Below are positions 1 to 12,428 of a stretch of 64,000 bases of DNA, piece after piece. Positions within the stretch are counted from its first letter, which is position 1. Every line of letters begins with the position of its first letter. A program made the translations under genes and the position numbers. The stretch lies in the NCBI GenBank assembly GCA_951406725.2, contig OX597838.1, positions 22,568,001-22,632,000 of the forward strand, read 5' to 3'. The DNA is from Octopus vulgaris. Lineage: Eukaryota. The notes below the pieces were generated by a model. The model did no database searches and was not told the origin of the DNA. It was given only the letters and a program-made list of their open reading frames with translations.

Positions 1-302
1 GCCTCGGGCCTACCAAAGCCTTGTGAGTGGATTTGGTAGACGGAAACCGAAAGAAGCCTGTCGTATATATGTATGTATGTGAGTGTATATGTTTGTGTTG
101 CTGTGTTTGTCCCCCATCCAACATCGCTTGACAACCGATGCTGGTGTGTTTACGTCATCGTAACTTAGCGGTTCGGCAAAAAGGACCGATAGAATAAGTA
201 CTAGGCTTACAAAGAATAAGTCCTGGGGTCGATGTGCTCGACTAAAGGCGGTGCTCCAACATGGCCACAGTCAAATGACTGAAACCAGTAAAAGAGCAAA
301 AG
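1..302 (+). mobile_element. SINE family A (tRNA-derived, internal TA/TG microsatellite), head lies outside the window
   Basis: Matches the body and tail of full copies in this window (GCCTTGTGAGTGGATTTGGTAGACGGAAAC ... GGCGGTGCTCCA.CATGGCC.CAGTCAAATGACTGAAAC, then a GTAAAAGA tail). Confidence 0.92.
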
Positions 303-324
303 ATATATACAAATACATACATAA

Positions 325-357
<33 letters not shown>

Positions 358-744
358 CATATAAATGTGTGTGTATGCGTATGTATGTGTATGTGCGTGT
401 ATGTGTGTGTGTGTGTGCATGTGCTTGTGTGCACATGTGTGTGTATCTGTGTGTGGGTAAGAGCAATAACGGGGATGGATACACACCAAAGGAGTAATGG
501 AGAAGAGGAGAGCAACAGGAGGGGAAGGGGGGAGAGCGGTGATTTGGTGTAGATTAATTGCCAAGATAAGCGTGGAGTGCACGGAAGGGAGGGAGTAGAG
601 GGAAGAGAAGGAGGAGGGGGGTAGATTCGGTGACGGGGGTAGGGAGGAAGGAGAAGGGGGTAATTGCTGGGAGAAACGAAAGCGCGGACGGGCAGGGGAA
701 GGGGGGAAAGGTTAAAATTTAGGCAACTCAAGAATAGGGTATAG

Positions 745-1385
745 AGCGGTGGTGGTGGTGGCGGTGGTGGTGGCGGTGGTGGCGGCGGCGGTGGTAGTTG
801 TGGTGGTGGTTATGGTGGAAATGGTAATGGTTGTGTTTGTGCAGATAGTGGTGGTGGTGGTGGTGGTAGTGGTGGTGGTAGTGATGGTGGTGGTGGTGGT
901 GGTAGTAGAGATTCGGTCGTGGTTGTGGTGGTGGTAATGAAGAATCGGTCGTGGTGGTGATGGTAGTGGTGGTGGTAGTGGTGGTGGTGGTGGTGGTGGT
1001 GGTAGTGGTGGTGGTAGTAGTGATTCGGTCGTGGTAGAGGTGGTGGTAGAAGAGGTTTGTTAGTGGTGGTAGTGGTGGTCGTGGTGGCGATGGTACTGGA
1101 GGTTTGGTCGTCGTCACAGTCGTGACCGTGGTCGTGGTGCGGTGGCGGTGGCGGTGTTGATACTCGTTTGGTAGTAGTGTTGTTGATGTTGTCGGTGGTG
1201 GTGGTGGTGGTGGTGGTGGTGGTAGTTTTGGTTTTGGTGGCGGTGATGGTGGTGGTAGTAGTGGTAATGTTGGAATACAAGAGTAGTGATAAAGTTTGTA
1301 GTTGTAATGATGGTGGTTTTGGTGGTGGTGGTGGTGGTGGTGGTGGTGGTGGCGGTGGCGGTGATGGTGGTGGTGGTAGTAGTGG
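745..1385. repeat. Degenerate (GGT)n low-complexity tract
   Basis: GGT/GTA triplet runs with repeated GATTCGGTCGTGG interruptions; the ORFs are poly-V/T/H/P artefacts. Confidence 0.9.
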
Positions 1386-1635
1386 CTGGTTGTTGTTGTT
1401 AGAGATAACGACAAAGGCGGTGGCGCCGCCTATGGGCAGTAGAGACGAAGGCGGTGGCGGCGGATGGCAGTGACGACAATGGCGTCGGCTGTTAGAGTTT
1501 GTGACGTACGTTCAAGTCGCTAAATAGAACCATATGATATATATATTGCTAAAACGACAGCCGTACATGCGCACGCATGTCCATGCACAGAGACACAGAC
1601 ATATAGATCCAGGTTTTGCAATACACACATATCTA

Positions 1636-1636
1636 T

Positions 1637-1674
<38 letters not shown>

Positions 1675-2292
1675 ATCTGTGTGAGTGTGCGAGCGTGTGT
1701 CTGTGTGTGTGTTGGTGTATGTATGTTTGTATGCGTGTGTGTATCTGTATTTGATTGCGTGTGCTTATGTGTGTGTGTCTGTGTATGTAGGTGTGTGTGT
1801 TTGTGTGCATCTGTCTGTATGTATGTATGTTTGTGTGTGTGAGCCTGTGTACGTATGTATGTGTATGTGCGTGCTTGTGCGTGCGTGTGTGTGTGTTTGT
1901 GTGTGCACGTGTGTGTTTGTATGTATGTATCTGTGTCAGTGTGTGTGTGTGTCTATATGTTTGTGTCTGTCTCTGTGTATGCCTAAGTAGTGTGTGTATG
2001 TGTGTATGTATGTATGTATGTGTGTTTGTGTGTATTTGTCTGTCTGTTATGTATGTTTGTGTGTGTGTGCGCGCCTGTGTACGTATGTATGTGTGTGCTT
2101 GTGTGTGTGTGTGTGCGCGCGTCTGTGAACGTATGTTTGTGTGTGAACGTATGTTTGAACGTATGTTTGTGTGTGTGTGTGTGTGTGTGCTTGTGTGTGT
2201 GTGCGTGTGTGTGTTTGTGCTTGCCCGCATGTGTGTATTGTGTATGTATCTGTGTCAATGTCTGCGTGTATATATCTGTGTGTCTGTGTGTA

Positions 2293-2355
<63 letters not shown>

Positions 2356-2375
2356 ATGTGCTTTTGTATGTGTGT
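1636..2375. repeat. Degenerate (TG)n microsatellite
   Basis: Direct reading. Confidence 0.95.
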
Positions 2376-2622
2376 ACACGTAAGGAGCGGAAACGTACTC
2401 AGTTACACAGTTCACGGGACTATGACGGAGTTTAAATATTTATCAAAGAGCCGAGGTTACTCGACCCTTTGGTTTCAACGCATTCATCAATTTTGAGTAG
2501 CTACAAAGAGTAATCCGAGAGACACAAGTATGGCTGAGTGGTTAAGACGCTCGCTTTTCAAACACGTCGTTTCGGCTTCATTTCTGGTGCGCAGTAACTT
2601 GGACGAGTGCCTTTACTATAAC

Positions 2623-2890
2623 GGGTAAAGATCCCCTTCGGTTACGAATGGCCATGGGATTGAACCTAGAAAGTTACCCTCCGAGACAGAAGTCTGTTGT
2701 TTATGGAAGACAAGCAGTCACGCATGCGTACTAGCCTCCACTCTCCGCGCCATTATATGTACAGAGAGTAAAAGGCTAAAGAGCCCCTTCGGTCATGAAT
2801 GACCAAGGGTTTGAACCTAGAAAGTTACCCTACCAGGTACAAGTCCGGGCAAGGTTGTTTATGGAAGACCAACAGCCATTCATGCATCCC
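2623..2890 (-). mobile_element. Two tandem copies of a SINE/LINE 3' tail (family F)
   Basis: TAAAGA.CCCCTTCGGT...GAACCTAGAAAGTTACCCT...GTTGTTTATGGAAGAC occurs twice; a reverse-complement copy lies at 5118-5211. Confidence 0.75.
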
Positions 2891-3088
2891 TATTTCTTTA
2901 CTACCCACAAGGGGCTAAACACAGAGGGGACAAACAAGGACAGACACACGGATTAAGTCGATTATATCGACCCCAGTGCGTAACTGGTACTTATTTAATC
3001 GACCCCGAAAGGATCAAAGGCAAAGTCGACCTCGGCTTTGTCTTTCATCCTTTCGGGGTCGATTAAATAAGTACCAGTCGACCCCGGC
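2891..3088 (-). mobile_element. SINE family B (Meta-domain-like) fragment with an inverted duplication
   Basis: Minus-strand tail and body to about 3035, then plus-strand CTTTCATCCTTTCGGGGTCGATTAAATAAGTACCAG. Confidence 0.85.
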
Positions 3089-3099
3089 ATACAAACCTG

Positions 3100-3320
3100 C
3101 CTTCTCCACGTCACTGATGATATTCAAGGGAACGAGAAAGGGGGCGATACAACTTGGCATCTGTGACGTCACAACTCATTTCTACAGCTGACTGAATTGG
3201 TGCTACGTGAAATGAAGTTTCTTGCTCAAGAAAGAACACAACACACAGGCCCTGTCCGGGAATCGAACTCACTACCTCATGATTACGAGCCCGACGCTGT
3301 AACCACTGAGCCAAGCGCCT
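3100..3320 (-). mobile_element. Diverged tRNA-derived CORE-like SINE related to families C/D
   Basis: Reverse strand reads GGCTCAGTGGTTA...GAGTTCGATTCC (A and B boxes), then TTCTTGAGCAAGAAACTTCATTTCACGT as at 61574-61830. Confidence 0.75.
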
Positions 3321-3526
3321 TTTGCTATAAGCCTCTTCAATCAACGAGCAGATTGCAAACGGAGCTTCACTTCAATCCCAGACACATTTCTGTATGAAAA
3401 ATGTTTGTAAACATCTCCGTAGGGTGAGCTTTTGTTTGACCGAACCCGGAATTGTTCGTCATATGAAACAACAGGACAGCATCTACGAACTTAAGTGATG
3501 GCCTTCTTCAAAAACAGAAGTGGCAA

Positions 3527-3599
<73 letters not shown>

Positions 3600-3693
3600 T
3601 ACACACACACAAACATATTATATATATGTATTCATATATATATATGTATATACAAATTGAGATAGGGGTTGTAAATGCAACCCTCCATGGGAT

Positions 3694-3750
3694 ATGATTG
3701 ATTGATTCTAGTTTCAGCTCATGAGCTGTGGCCATGCAGGGGCACCGCCA
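3694..3750 (-). mobile_element. Retroelement 3' terminus homologous to the family A tail
   Basis: Reverse strand GGCGGTGCCCCTGCATGGCCACAGCTCATGAGCTGAAACTAG followed by (AATC)n. Confidence 0.7.
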
Positions 3751-3939
3751 TATGTACACTTTTTTATATACATTCCTTTATGTATACTGATTTGTTCTGC
3801 TTTTTATATCTAACCCTACAGTCTCTTATGTGGTGGTTTAATAAAGTATGTGATTGAGTATTATCTGGTAATTGATATTTGATTTAGATGTATTTCTCCA
3901 TTTTCTTATCTTGTATATATGTATATATATATATGTATG

Positions 3940-4177
3940 TGTGTGTGTTTGTGTGTCTGTGTTTGTTCCCCTAGCATTGCTTGACAACCGATGCTGGTGT
4001 GTTTACGTCCCCGTCACTTAGCGGTTCGGCAAAAAGAGACCGATAGAATAAGTACTGGGCTTACGAAAAGAATAAGTCCCGGGGTCGAGTTGCTCGACTA
4101 AAGGCGGTGCTCCAGCATGGCCGCAGTCAAATGACTGGAACAAGTAAAAGAGTAAAGAGTAAAGAGTAAAAGAGTAA
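3940..4177 (+). mobile_element. SINE family A, 3' half
   Basis: Body, tail and (GTAAAAGA)n repeats. Confidence 0.92.
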
Positions 4178-4205
4178 ATATTGTTGTGCATAAGACAGTC
4201 ATCGA

Positions 4206-4956
4206 TATTATTCGTTTTGTTTCTAATCTAGGCACAAGGCCCGAAATTTTTGGAGGGAGGGAGTAGTTGATTGGATCGACCCAAGTACGCAACTGGTACT
4301 TAATTTATCGACCCCCGAAAGGATGAAATGCAAAGTCGACTTCGGCGGAATTTGAACTCAGAACGTAAAGACGGACGAAATACCTATTTCTTTATTACCC
4401 ACAAGGGGCTAAACACAAAAGGGACAAACAAGGACAGACATAGGTATTAAGTCGATTACATCGACCCCAGTGCGTAACTGGTACTTAATTTATCGACCCC
4501 GAAAGGATGAAATGCAAAGTCGACTTCGGCGGAATTTGAACTCAGAACGTAAAGACGGACGAAATACCTATTTCTTTATTACCCACAAGGGGCTAAACAC
4601 AAAAGGGACAAACAAGGACAGACATAGGTATTAAGTCGATTACATCGACCCCAGTGCGTAACTGGTACTTAATTTATCGACCCCGAAAGGATGAAATGCA
4701 AAGTCGACCTCGGCGGAATTTGAACTCAGAACGTAAAGACGGACGAAATACCTATTTCTTTATTACCCACAAGGGGCTAAACACAGAAGGGAGAAACAAG
4801 GACAGACATAGGTATTAAGTCGATTACATCGACCCCAGTGCGTAACTGGTACTTAATTTATCGACCCTGAAAGGATGAAATGCAAAGTCGACCTCGGCGG
4901 AATATGAACTCAGAACGTAAAGACGGACGAAATACCGCTAAGCATGTCGTCCGGTG
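4206..4956 (-). mobile_element. SINE family B tandem array (four bodies, 184-bp period)
   Basis: GAAATACC recurs at 4377, 4561, 4745 and 4929. Each unit has a B box (GAGTTCA.ATTCC) and the Meta-like GTCGACTTTGC.TTTCATCCTTTC.GGGTCGATAAATTAAGTACCAG. Confidence 0.93.
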
Positions 4957-5117
4957 ATCATATCAATACTATTAACACACGCACTGGTTCAATTTCACTC
5001 TTGCATCAGTAGTCTTATCCAGTGATTCCAAAAGTAAGCGGTATTGATCCCCTCGAAGTGGTGGAAAATTCCAAGGAGGCGTTGAATAAAAGTGAGGTTG
5101 GTACACATGGGTACCAA

Positions 5118-5211
5118 ATAAACAACCTTGCCCGCACACGTGCCAAAGCGGGGAACTTTCTAGGTTCAATCCCAGAGTCATTCATGACCGAAAGGGGTCT
5201 TTTACCCTTTT
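5118..5211 (+). mobile_element. Family F retroelement 3' tail
   Basis: AAACAACCTTGCCCG...TCATTCATGACCGAAAGGGGTCTTTACCCTTT, homologous to 2623-2890. Confidence 0.7.
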
Positions 5212-5445
5212 TCTGTATCTTATCCTATATTTGCTTTCACCGAAAAAGGCACAAAAATGTGTAGGAAATGAAGTGAGGAATGTGGAGAGCCAGAAGTCTC
5301 TCCCAGAAAAGGTAGATTAAGATCAGCTATAGGGTGATACACAAGCACTTAACTACAAGTGCATTGCACTTGCTAGCAGAAACAGCTGCAAGCTAACGAA
5401 TTGCACTGCGTAATTACTTATTCTCTTGACATTTGAATTCCTCAT

Positions 5446-5950
5446 ATGTATGTATGCACGTACGAACGTATGTATGCATGTATGTATGTATGTATGTATG
5501 TATGTATGTATGTATGTACGAACGTATGTATGTATGTACGAACGCATGTATGTATGTATGTATGTATGTATGTATGTATGTATGTATGTATGTATGTATG
5601 TATGTATGTATGCATGCATGTATGTATGTATGTATGTATGCATGTATGTATGCATGTATGTATGTATGTATGCATATATGTATGTATGTATGTATGCATG
5701 TATATATGCACGTACGAACGTATGTATGTATGTATGTATGTATGTATGTATGTATGTATGTATGTATGTATGTATGTATGTACGAACGTATGTATGTATG
5801 TACGAACGTATGTATATATGTATGTATGTATGTATGCATGTATGTATGTACGTACGAACGTATGTATGTATGTATGCATGTATATATGCACGTACGAACG
5901 TATGTATGTATGTATGTATGTATGTGTGTGTGTGTGTGTGTGTGTATGTG
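5446..5950. repeat. (TATG)n microsatellite with higher-order duplications
   Basis: The interruption GCACGTACGAACG recurs at about 5456, 5708 and 5888. Confidence 0.95.
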
Positions 5951-5951
5951 T

Positions 5952-6122
5952 ACATTTCACCATCTACTCCAATTACTGCTTCCCATTTGCTTGGCAGACG
6001 GTCAGACCGCCATTTAAAGATATTTTTGTTAAATATTGTCATTTTTTTTTTTTTGTTGTTGAACAAAATTTGTTGAAAAAAAAAAAAAAAGGCCGCACCA
6101 ACCTAGTACTTCATGAAATACG
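5952..6122 (-). mobile_element. Internally deleted mariner relic (transposase C-terminus plus TIR-like end)
   Basis: Translation DRLPSKWEAVIGVDGE matches the mariner C-terminal LP.RW..VI..DG.Y motif; the end reads TACTAGGTTGGTGCG on the minus strand. Confidence 0.7.
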
Positions 6123-6997
6123 TATCATGCTTATTGATAACTGTAAGTATACGTAAGTTAAAGCTGTACTAGTTCATGCGCACACACAATACAGCGTTTA
6201 TTCTCGGCATGAAATTATACTGTGGACTCTGTCAAGTTTCCGCCTGTTATTGACACCTCTCGGTCTATGAACGCGAGCGGACACATTTGAATTTCTTTTA
6301 TATACTTTCCGGCTGATGAAGAAGGTTCCTTATGAATACAACCAATCGCTAGAATATCTTTATGAATGCAACTAGTTTTAAGCCACACAATAGTATCCCA
6401 GTTCGTATATGTACGCACACAAATGCACACGTATATATTTCTTTTATTTTTCGTTATTTCTTTTATATGTATCAACTCAAAGGCTGTGGACATGCTAGAG
6501 CACAGCCAGTGTAATCACCTTTTCAATGACCATTGTTATGCGATTGGCTTTTGCTGAAGCAGGGAGTTCGATTGTATGTGTATATAATACATTTTTGCAG
6601 TTACATATTTATATACATATACATTCGTACATATATACATATATGTGAACATACTTTTATACATATATTTACATACATATATACAAACATATAATATATA
6701 TAGATATGTGTGTGTGTGTATGTATGTATGTATGTATGTATGTATGTATGTATGTATGTATGCATATATGTATGTATATACAAATACATACATAATACAT
6801 ACATATATATTTGTATATGAATGTATGTATGGATATATGTATATGTATGAATATATGCATGCATATGTATATATATGTAGATATATGTACGTTTTCAGAC
6901 ACCATGATAGATCGTTAGCCACTACACACATTTTTTTCTCTCCTTTTTTCTCTCCTTTTATCTCTCCTTCTTTCTCCCCTTGATTTTTTCTGTGTAC

Positions 6998-7033
6998 CTT
7001 TCTGTAGAAGAGCGTAGGCTCGAAACGTAAAAG
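6998..7033 (+). ncRNA. Minimal type I hammerhead-ribozyme-like motif in a short repeat element (about 6915-7125)
   Basis: CTTT-CTGTAGA-A-GAGC(GTAG)GCTC-GAAA-CG-TA-AAAG: stem I CTTT/AAAG, stem II GAGC/GCTC, palindromic ACGT stem III; the core has an A6-to-U change. Confidence 0.65.
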
Positions 7034-7121
7034 ACTTTTTCTATTCCTGAGCGCTATACTAATACACCTATTTGTTTTGTACACCACCTGTCTTCGTCTT
7101 TCGCTTTTTTTCGTAAACTTT

Positions 7122-7204
<83 letters not shown>

Positions 7205-7212
7205 TATAACAT

Positions 7213-7248
<36 letters not shown>

Positions 7249-7281
7249 CTGTGTGTATATATACATATATATTTTTTATAT

Positions 7282-7423
<142 letters not shown>

Positions 7424-8117
7424 TATATATATAACACATTCGGTCGAACAAGGTCCTATTAAACACTTTACAAATTTGCTAATTTCTTACAAATTCCTTT
7501 TAAATTTTTCCAAAAGGTTACAGGTGTTTCAACATCGTATTCTTTGGGATTTAATGCATTACAAGACGTGCATTCGAGAGGATTTCAGTCTTTTCAGAAG
7601 CTTTCATAATTGTCCTTGATTATTGTAATTTTAGAATATCATTACTATATATTTAATAATAATAATTTGGCCAGCCAACTTTTGTAATTGTAGACAGAAG
7701 GCGACGCCTGTAACTGCACCTTGCATATACCCTGTTAAACTCTGCTTTTCCTAGCTGACTGGTTTGCTGAATGCAGTCGGGACGTGTAAACAATTTGGAA
7801 GGTCGGTATACAATTGAGTTTTTTGTTAAACTAGGCAAAACCTGTACTGAAACGTATGAATTGCACCTGACTGCTCATGGAGTAACATTTTTGCTGGCAC
7901 AAGATGTTCAAGGACAGCGGAAAGGAAGTGGTGAGAGACGACGAGGAGTGTGAGAGACTGTTGTGCGGAAGTAGAACACCCCTACTGGTTGGCTCCTAAT
8001 GGACTGTGCCACAATATAATTGGACATGCGCAAAGAGTCTCCAGCGTAGAGTAAAGCCGAGAGTTACATATTGTCGAGGGTTATTACCAGCATCTTGAGT
8101 AGAACGATTTGCGAGGA

Positions 8118-8174
<57 letters not shown>

Positions 8175-8176
<2 letters not shown>

Positions 8177-8509
8177 GTTTGTCTTTTGCTTTACATTCGT
8201 ACAAGTTGGCTCCAAGTCTCACCCAGAGACCTCAGGAGACAACAAGTTGGAAGTTCAATATGGTGCCATATATTTGGTTTTGTACTTAGTGTTGTACTAG
8301 TGAATGTTTAAGAAACCATAAGAAAATTATGTTTGTTTTAAAACTTGAGATTACAAAGAAAGTATTTTGCGTAGGATATGAGCACTTCCCATGAGCAGTA
8401 TCTTTTGAATTTCTGCCGTTTTGGGGGTTTCCTGGTATCTGAGTTAGGTAGCAATCAGCCCCTTTTGCTATCATTCCCAGGGCACCTATGACAACATGTA
8501 TTGTTTTAG

Positions 8510-8510
<1 letters not shown>
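8175..8510 (-). mobile_element. 5'-truncated R4/Dong-clade LINE (RLE C-terminus plus 3' UTR) within (TAA)n
   Basis: TIHVVIGALGMIAKG...IPGNP, frameshift, then EIQKILLMGSAHILRKILS; TAA repeats on both sides. Confidence 0.85.
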
Positions 8511-8571
<61 letters not shown>

Positions 8572-8602
8572 TATTATTATTATTATTATTATTATTATCA
8601 TC

Positions 8603-8664
<62 letters not shown>

Positions 8665-8701
8665 TATTATTATTATTATTATTATTACTATTATTATCAT
8701 C

Positions 8702-8781
<80 letters not shown>

Positions 8782-8795
8782 TACTATTACTATTA

Positions 8796-8865
<70 letters not shown>
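8511..8865. repeat. (TAT)n microsatellite
   Basis: Direct reading; the CATCAG interruption is repeated about 100 bp apart. Confidence 0.97.
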
Positions 8866-9518
8866 CCCGTTATATCGTACGTCGAACGTGTGATACAACA
8901 GAGACAGAGGGAGATGGACATCAGAACATCAGAGCTGCTGGTTGAGAAAATTCGTTATTTTCTGGATCAAGACCGTCGTGTATCTATAAAGACAATAAGC
9001 ATACAGTTTGGGGTGGGTGTGGCGACTGTAGACAGAATTTTTTCATAAAGGTCTAAACATGGGAAAAATTTGTGCAGAGTTCGTTCCCAAGGCTCTCAGC
9101 AAGAGCATCCTGGTTACCAACTACTTGACAGAAATAGGAATTAAAACTGTCCTTCACCCTCCTTACATTATAGAACTTGCTCTCTCAGACTTCTGGTTGT
9201 TCACCAAGCAGAAGGAGACCCTCAGAGGCCGTCGCTTTGAAGATGAATGGACATCTGACAAGAGTCCTTCATTTTGGAGAACGTTCATCGGCACTTCGCA
9301 AAGTGTTTGAAGCTCTACAACAAGAGCATTGAAGTCAAAGGATCCTGCTTTGAAAGAGATAAGAATTTCGTACTTCTTTGAAATTGATGAATGCCTCTCT
9401 CTCTCTCTTGAAAAAGTCCGAGAACTTCCGGAATGCATCCTGCTTTAACAAATTTGAATACGTATTTAAGTGAAGTGTTATTTTCTTCTAAGTATTAATA
9501 TACTGAAACAAGAAGATT

Positions 9519-9710
9519 CTTTTAGTCTTTTACTACTTTCAGTCATTTGACTGCGGCCATGCTGGAACACCATATTTAGTCGAGCTTATTCTTTGTAAGC
9601 TTAGTGCTTAGTCTATCGGGGTCCTTTTGCCGAACCGCTAAGTTACGGGGACGTAAACACACCAGCAGCGGTTGTCAAGGGATGTTGGAGGCACAAACAC
9701 AGACACACAA

Positions 9711-9777
<67 letters not shown>

Positions 9778-9781
9778 TATG

Positions 9782-9840
<59 letters not shown>

Positions 9841-9975
9841 CATATGTTTCCAGAAGTGAATTCAAACCCCAAATCCACTCCACTCACAAGACTATAATAG
9901 AAGACACTTGCCCAAGGTGTCGCGCAGTGGGAATGAACCCGGGACCATGTGGTTGGTAAGCAAACTACTTACCAC
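9519..9975 (-). mobile_element. SINE family A with expanded internal (CA)n(TA)n
   Basis: Tail, body and most of the head are recognisable. Confidence 0.9.
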
Positions 9976-9999
9976 ATATATATTAACAACACTTACCAC

Positions 10000-10132
<133 letters not shown>

Positions 10133-10539
10133 GTGGCGTCGTTCTTACCGTGTGTAAAATAACATTATGACATAGTTGGCGATAGGTACACAAGTCTCCT
10201 GTCAATAGAAACAAAACTAGGTAAGTATACGTTTATATTTACACAACACACATATATACATTCTACACACACACACACACACACATATATATGTACACAC
10301 ACACACATACACGCACACAGACACATACAAGCGCGTGCATGGATGTATGTATGAATATTAGATAAAAGGATGGTGAGATTGTTGAAAGTACAAGCACGAG
10401 TGGAGATACCCGGTGGCTCAGGCGATATGAAATTTACATAACCTCAGAGGATAGAAGCTGTTAATAGAGTTGAATAAGTTCAAATGCAGCAGTAAATACC
10501 AATGGCTATATACACCCAGCTCTACACATATGTACATAC

Positions 10540-10945
<406 letters not shown>

Positions 10946-11002
10946 GATGGAGGGGGCAAATTACAAAGTAGAGCTTTTCTTTTTAATGGAATAAAAAAAG
11001 AA

Positions 11003-11400
11003 AGAGGTGTATACCAGATGTTTTCAGACATTATTTTGTTAAAGGAAGACAGTTGCAAAGAAACCTAGATAACTGTAATTTTAGCATCCCTTTATTATAC
11101 TCCTAATAAACTGACCGGCCAACTTTTACTGTTTCAAATTCAAGGAAACGGCTGTTACGGCATTTTGAAGAGACATCGTCAAACACTTGCTTGTCACAGC
11201 TGACTAGATTTGCAGAATGCAGCCAGGAAGCGAAGAAAAATTTGCAAGATCGCTCGGCAATTAAGTTTTCTGTTAAACTGGACAAAATGTAACAGAAACT
11301 TACAAAATTCTCCAGAGTGCTTCTGGATTAACATACATGAGTCGAGCATATATGGTTTTCGCTAGAACAAGAGGCCAAGAGCAGGAGAAGCTCATGATGA
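11003..11400 (+). mobile_element. Mariner relic, 5' part, same family as 7560 and 29037
   Basis: Shares CAGCTGACT...TTTGCAGAATG and TTTTCTGTTAAACTG...ACAGAAACTTAC with the other copies. Confidence 0.7.
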
Positions 11401-12105
11401 TACCCTTACCGTACTTCTTTCTTTCTTTTTTTTTTCTTTGACTGCAAGAACATCATTCGCATCCATTATGTTCCTTCAAGCCAGACGATCAACTAAGATT
11501 ACATCCCTCTCATCATATGCTTCTCTAAATGTATATAACTCCCACGTTTTTCCTACATACGTACATGCATGCATGCATACACACATATATCCAGAAATTC
11601 ATCATTTAAATGTATATGAGCATGTCTAGATATGCAACTATACGCATGAGAATACATACATAGAACATACAAATCTGCATATACATACATACATACATAT
11701 ATACACATATACACGCATATATACATATATATATATATATACATATATATATACTCACACAAACAATATGCATATATGCATGCATGAATACATACATACA
11801 TGCATACATACAGACAAACGTACATGCATACTTACAAACATACATTCAAGCACAGATACATAGACACATATGTACATGCATACATACATGCATACACGCA
11901 TATATGCATGCATGCATGCATACATGCATACATGCATATATATATATATACATACATACATGTTTGTACATCTTTTCTCATTTGCCTTTTGCTTGTTTTA
12001 TTCATCCGACTGCAGCCATGCTGGAGCACCGACTGATGCATGTTAGTCTAACGAATTAACCCCAGCATATATATATATATACACCCATATATACATATAT
12101 ACAGA

Positions 12106-12164
<59 letters not shown>

Positions 12165-12305
12165 AAAGGATATGTTATAATACGATTCCACAGCCATACC
12201 AACAATGCAACATACCTCTATCATCAGCTGCCCCACGATATCATTATGGTTTCGACACCTGGGCAGTACCATTCAATCTATTAAGTCATATATATATATA
12301 TATAT

Positions 12306-12428
12306 ATTGATAAAAATGGTAAGACAACAAAAGAATGAAAGAGACCTCGATATTATGTAAATAGAGGAATTTATCTGTAAATGTAATTTGTGACAATTAT
12401 TCGGCAGCCATGATAGAACTCCGAGTTT
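12306..12428. repeat. Dispersed repeat family H, uninterrupted copy
   Basis: Aligns with 47772-47865 plus 48264-48313. Confidence 0.8.

Larger units (their letters stand above)
7560..9443 (+). mobile_element. Internally deleted mariner element interrupted by an insertion (about 7950-8900)
   Basis: Fragments RYTIEFFVKLGKTCTETYE, VEKIRYFLDQDRRVSIKTIS, KICAEFVPKAL and HPPYIIELALSDFWLF (variants of the mariner WVPxxL and YSPDLAP motifs); degenerate TIRs at both ends. Confidence 0.85.

Noticed and set aside
728-1473. Long Pro/Thr/His-rich ORFs
   Set aside because: They are open in several frames only because of (GGT)n; no complex coding sequence or splice support.
6313-6340. CTGATGAAGAAGGTTCCTT hammerhead or C/D-box candidate
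   Set aside because: No GAAA/NUH in register, and no D box or terminal stem.
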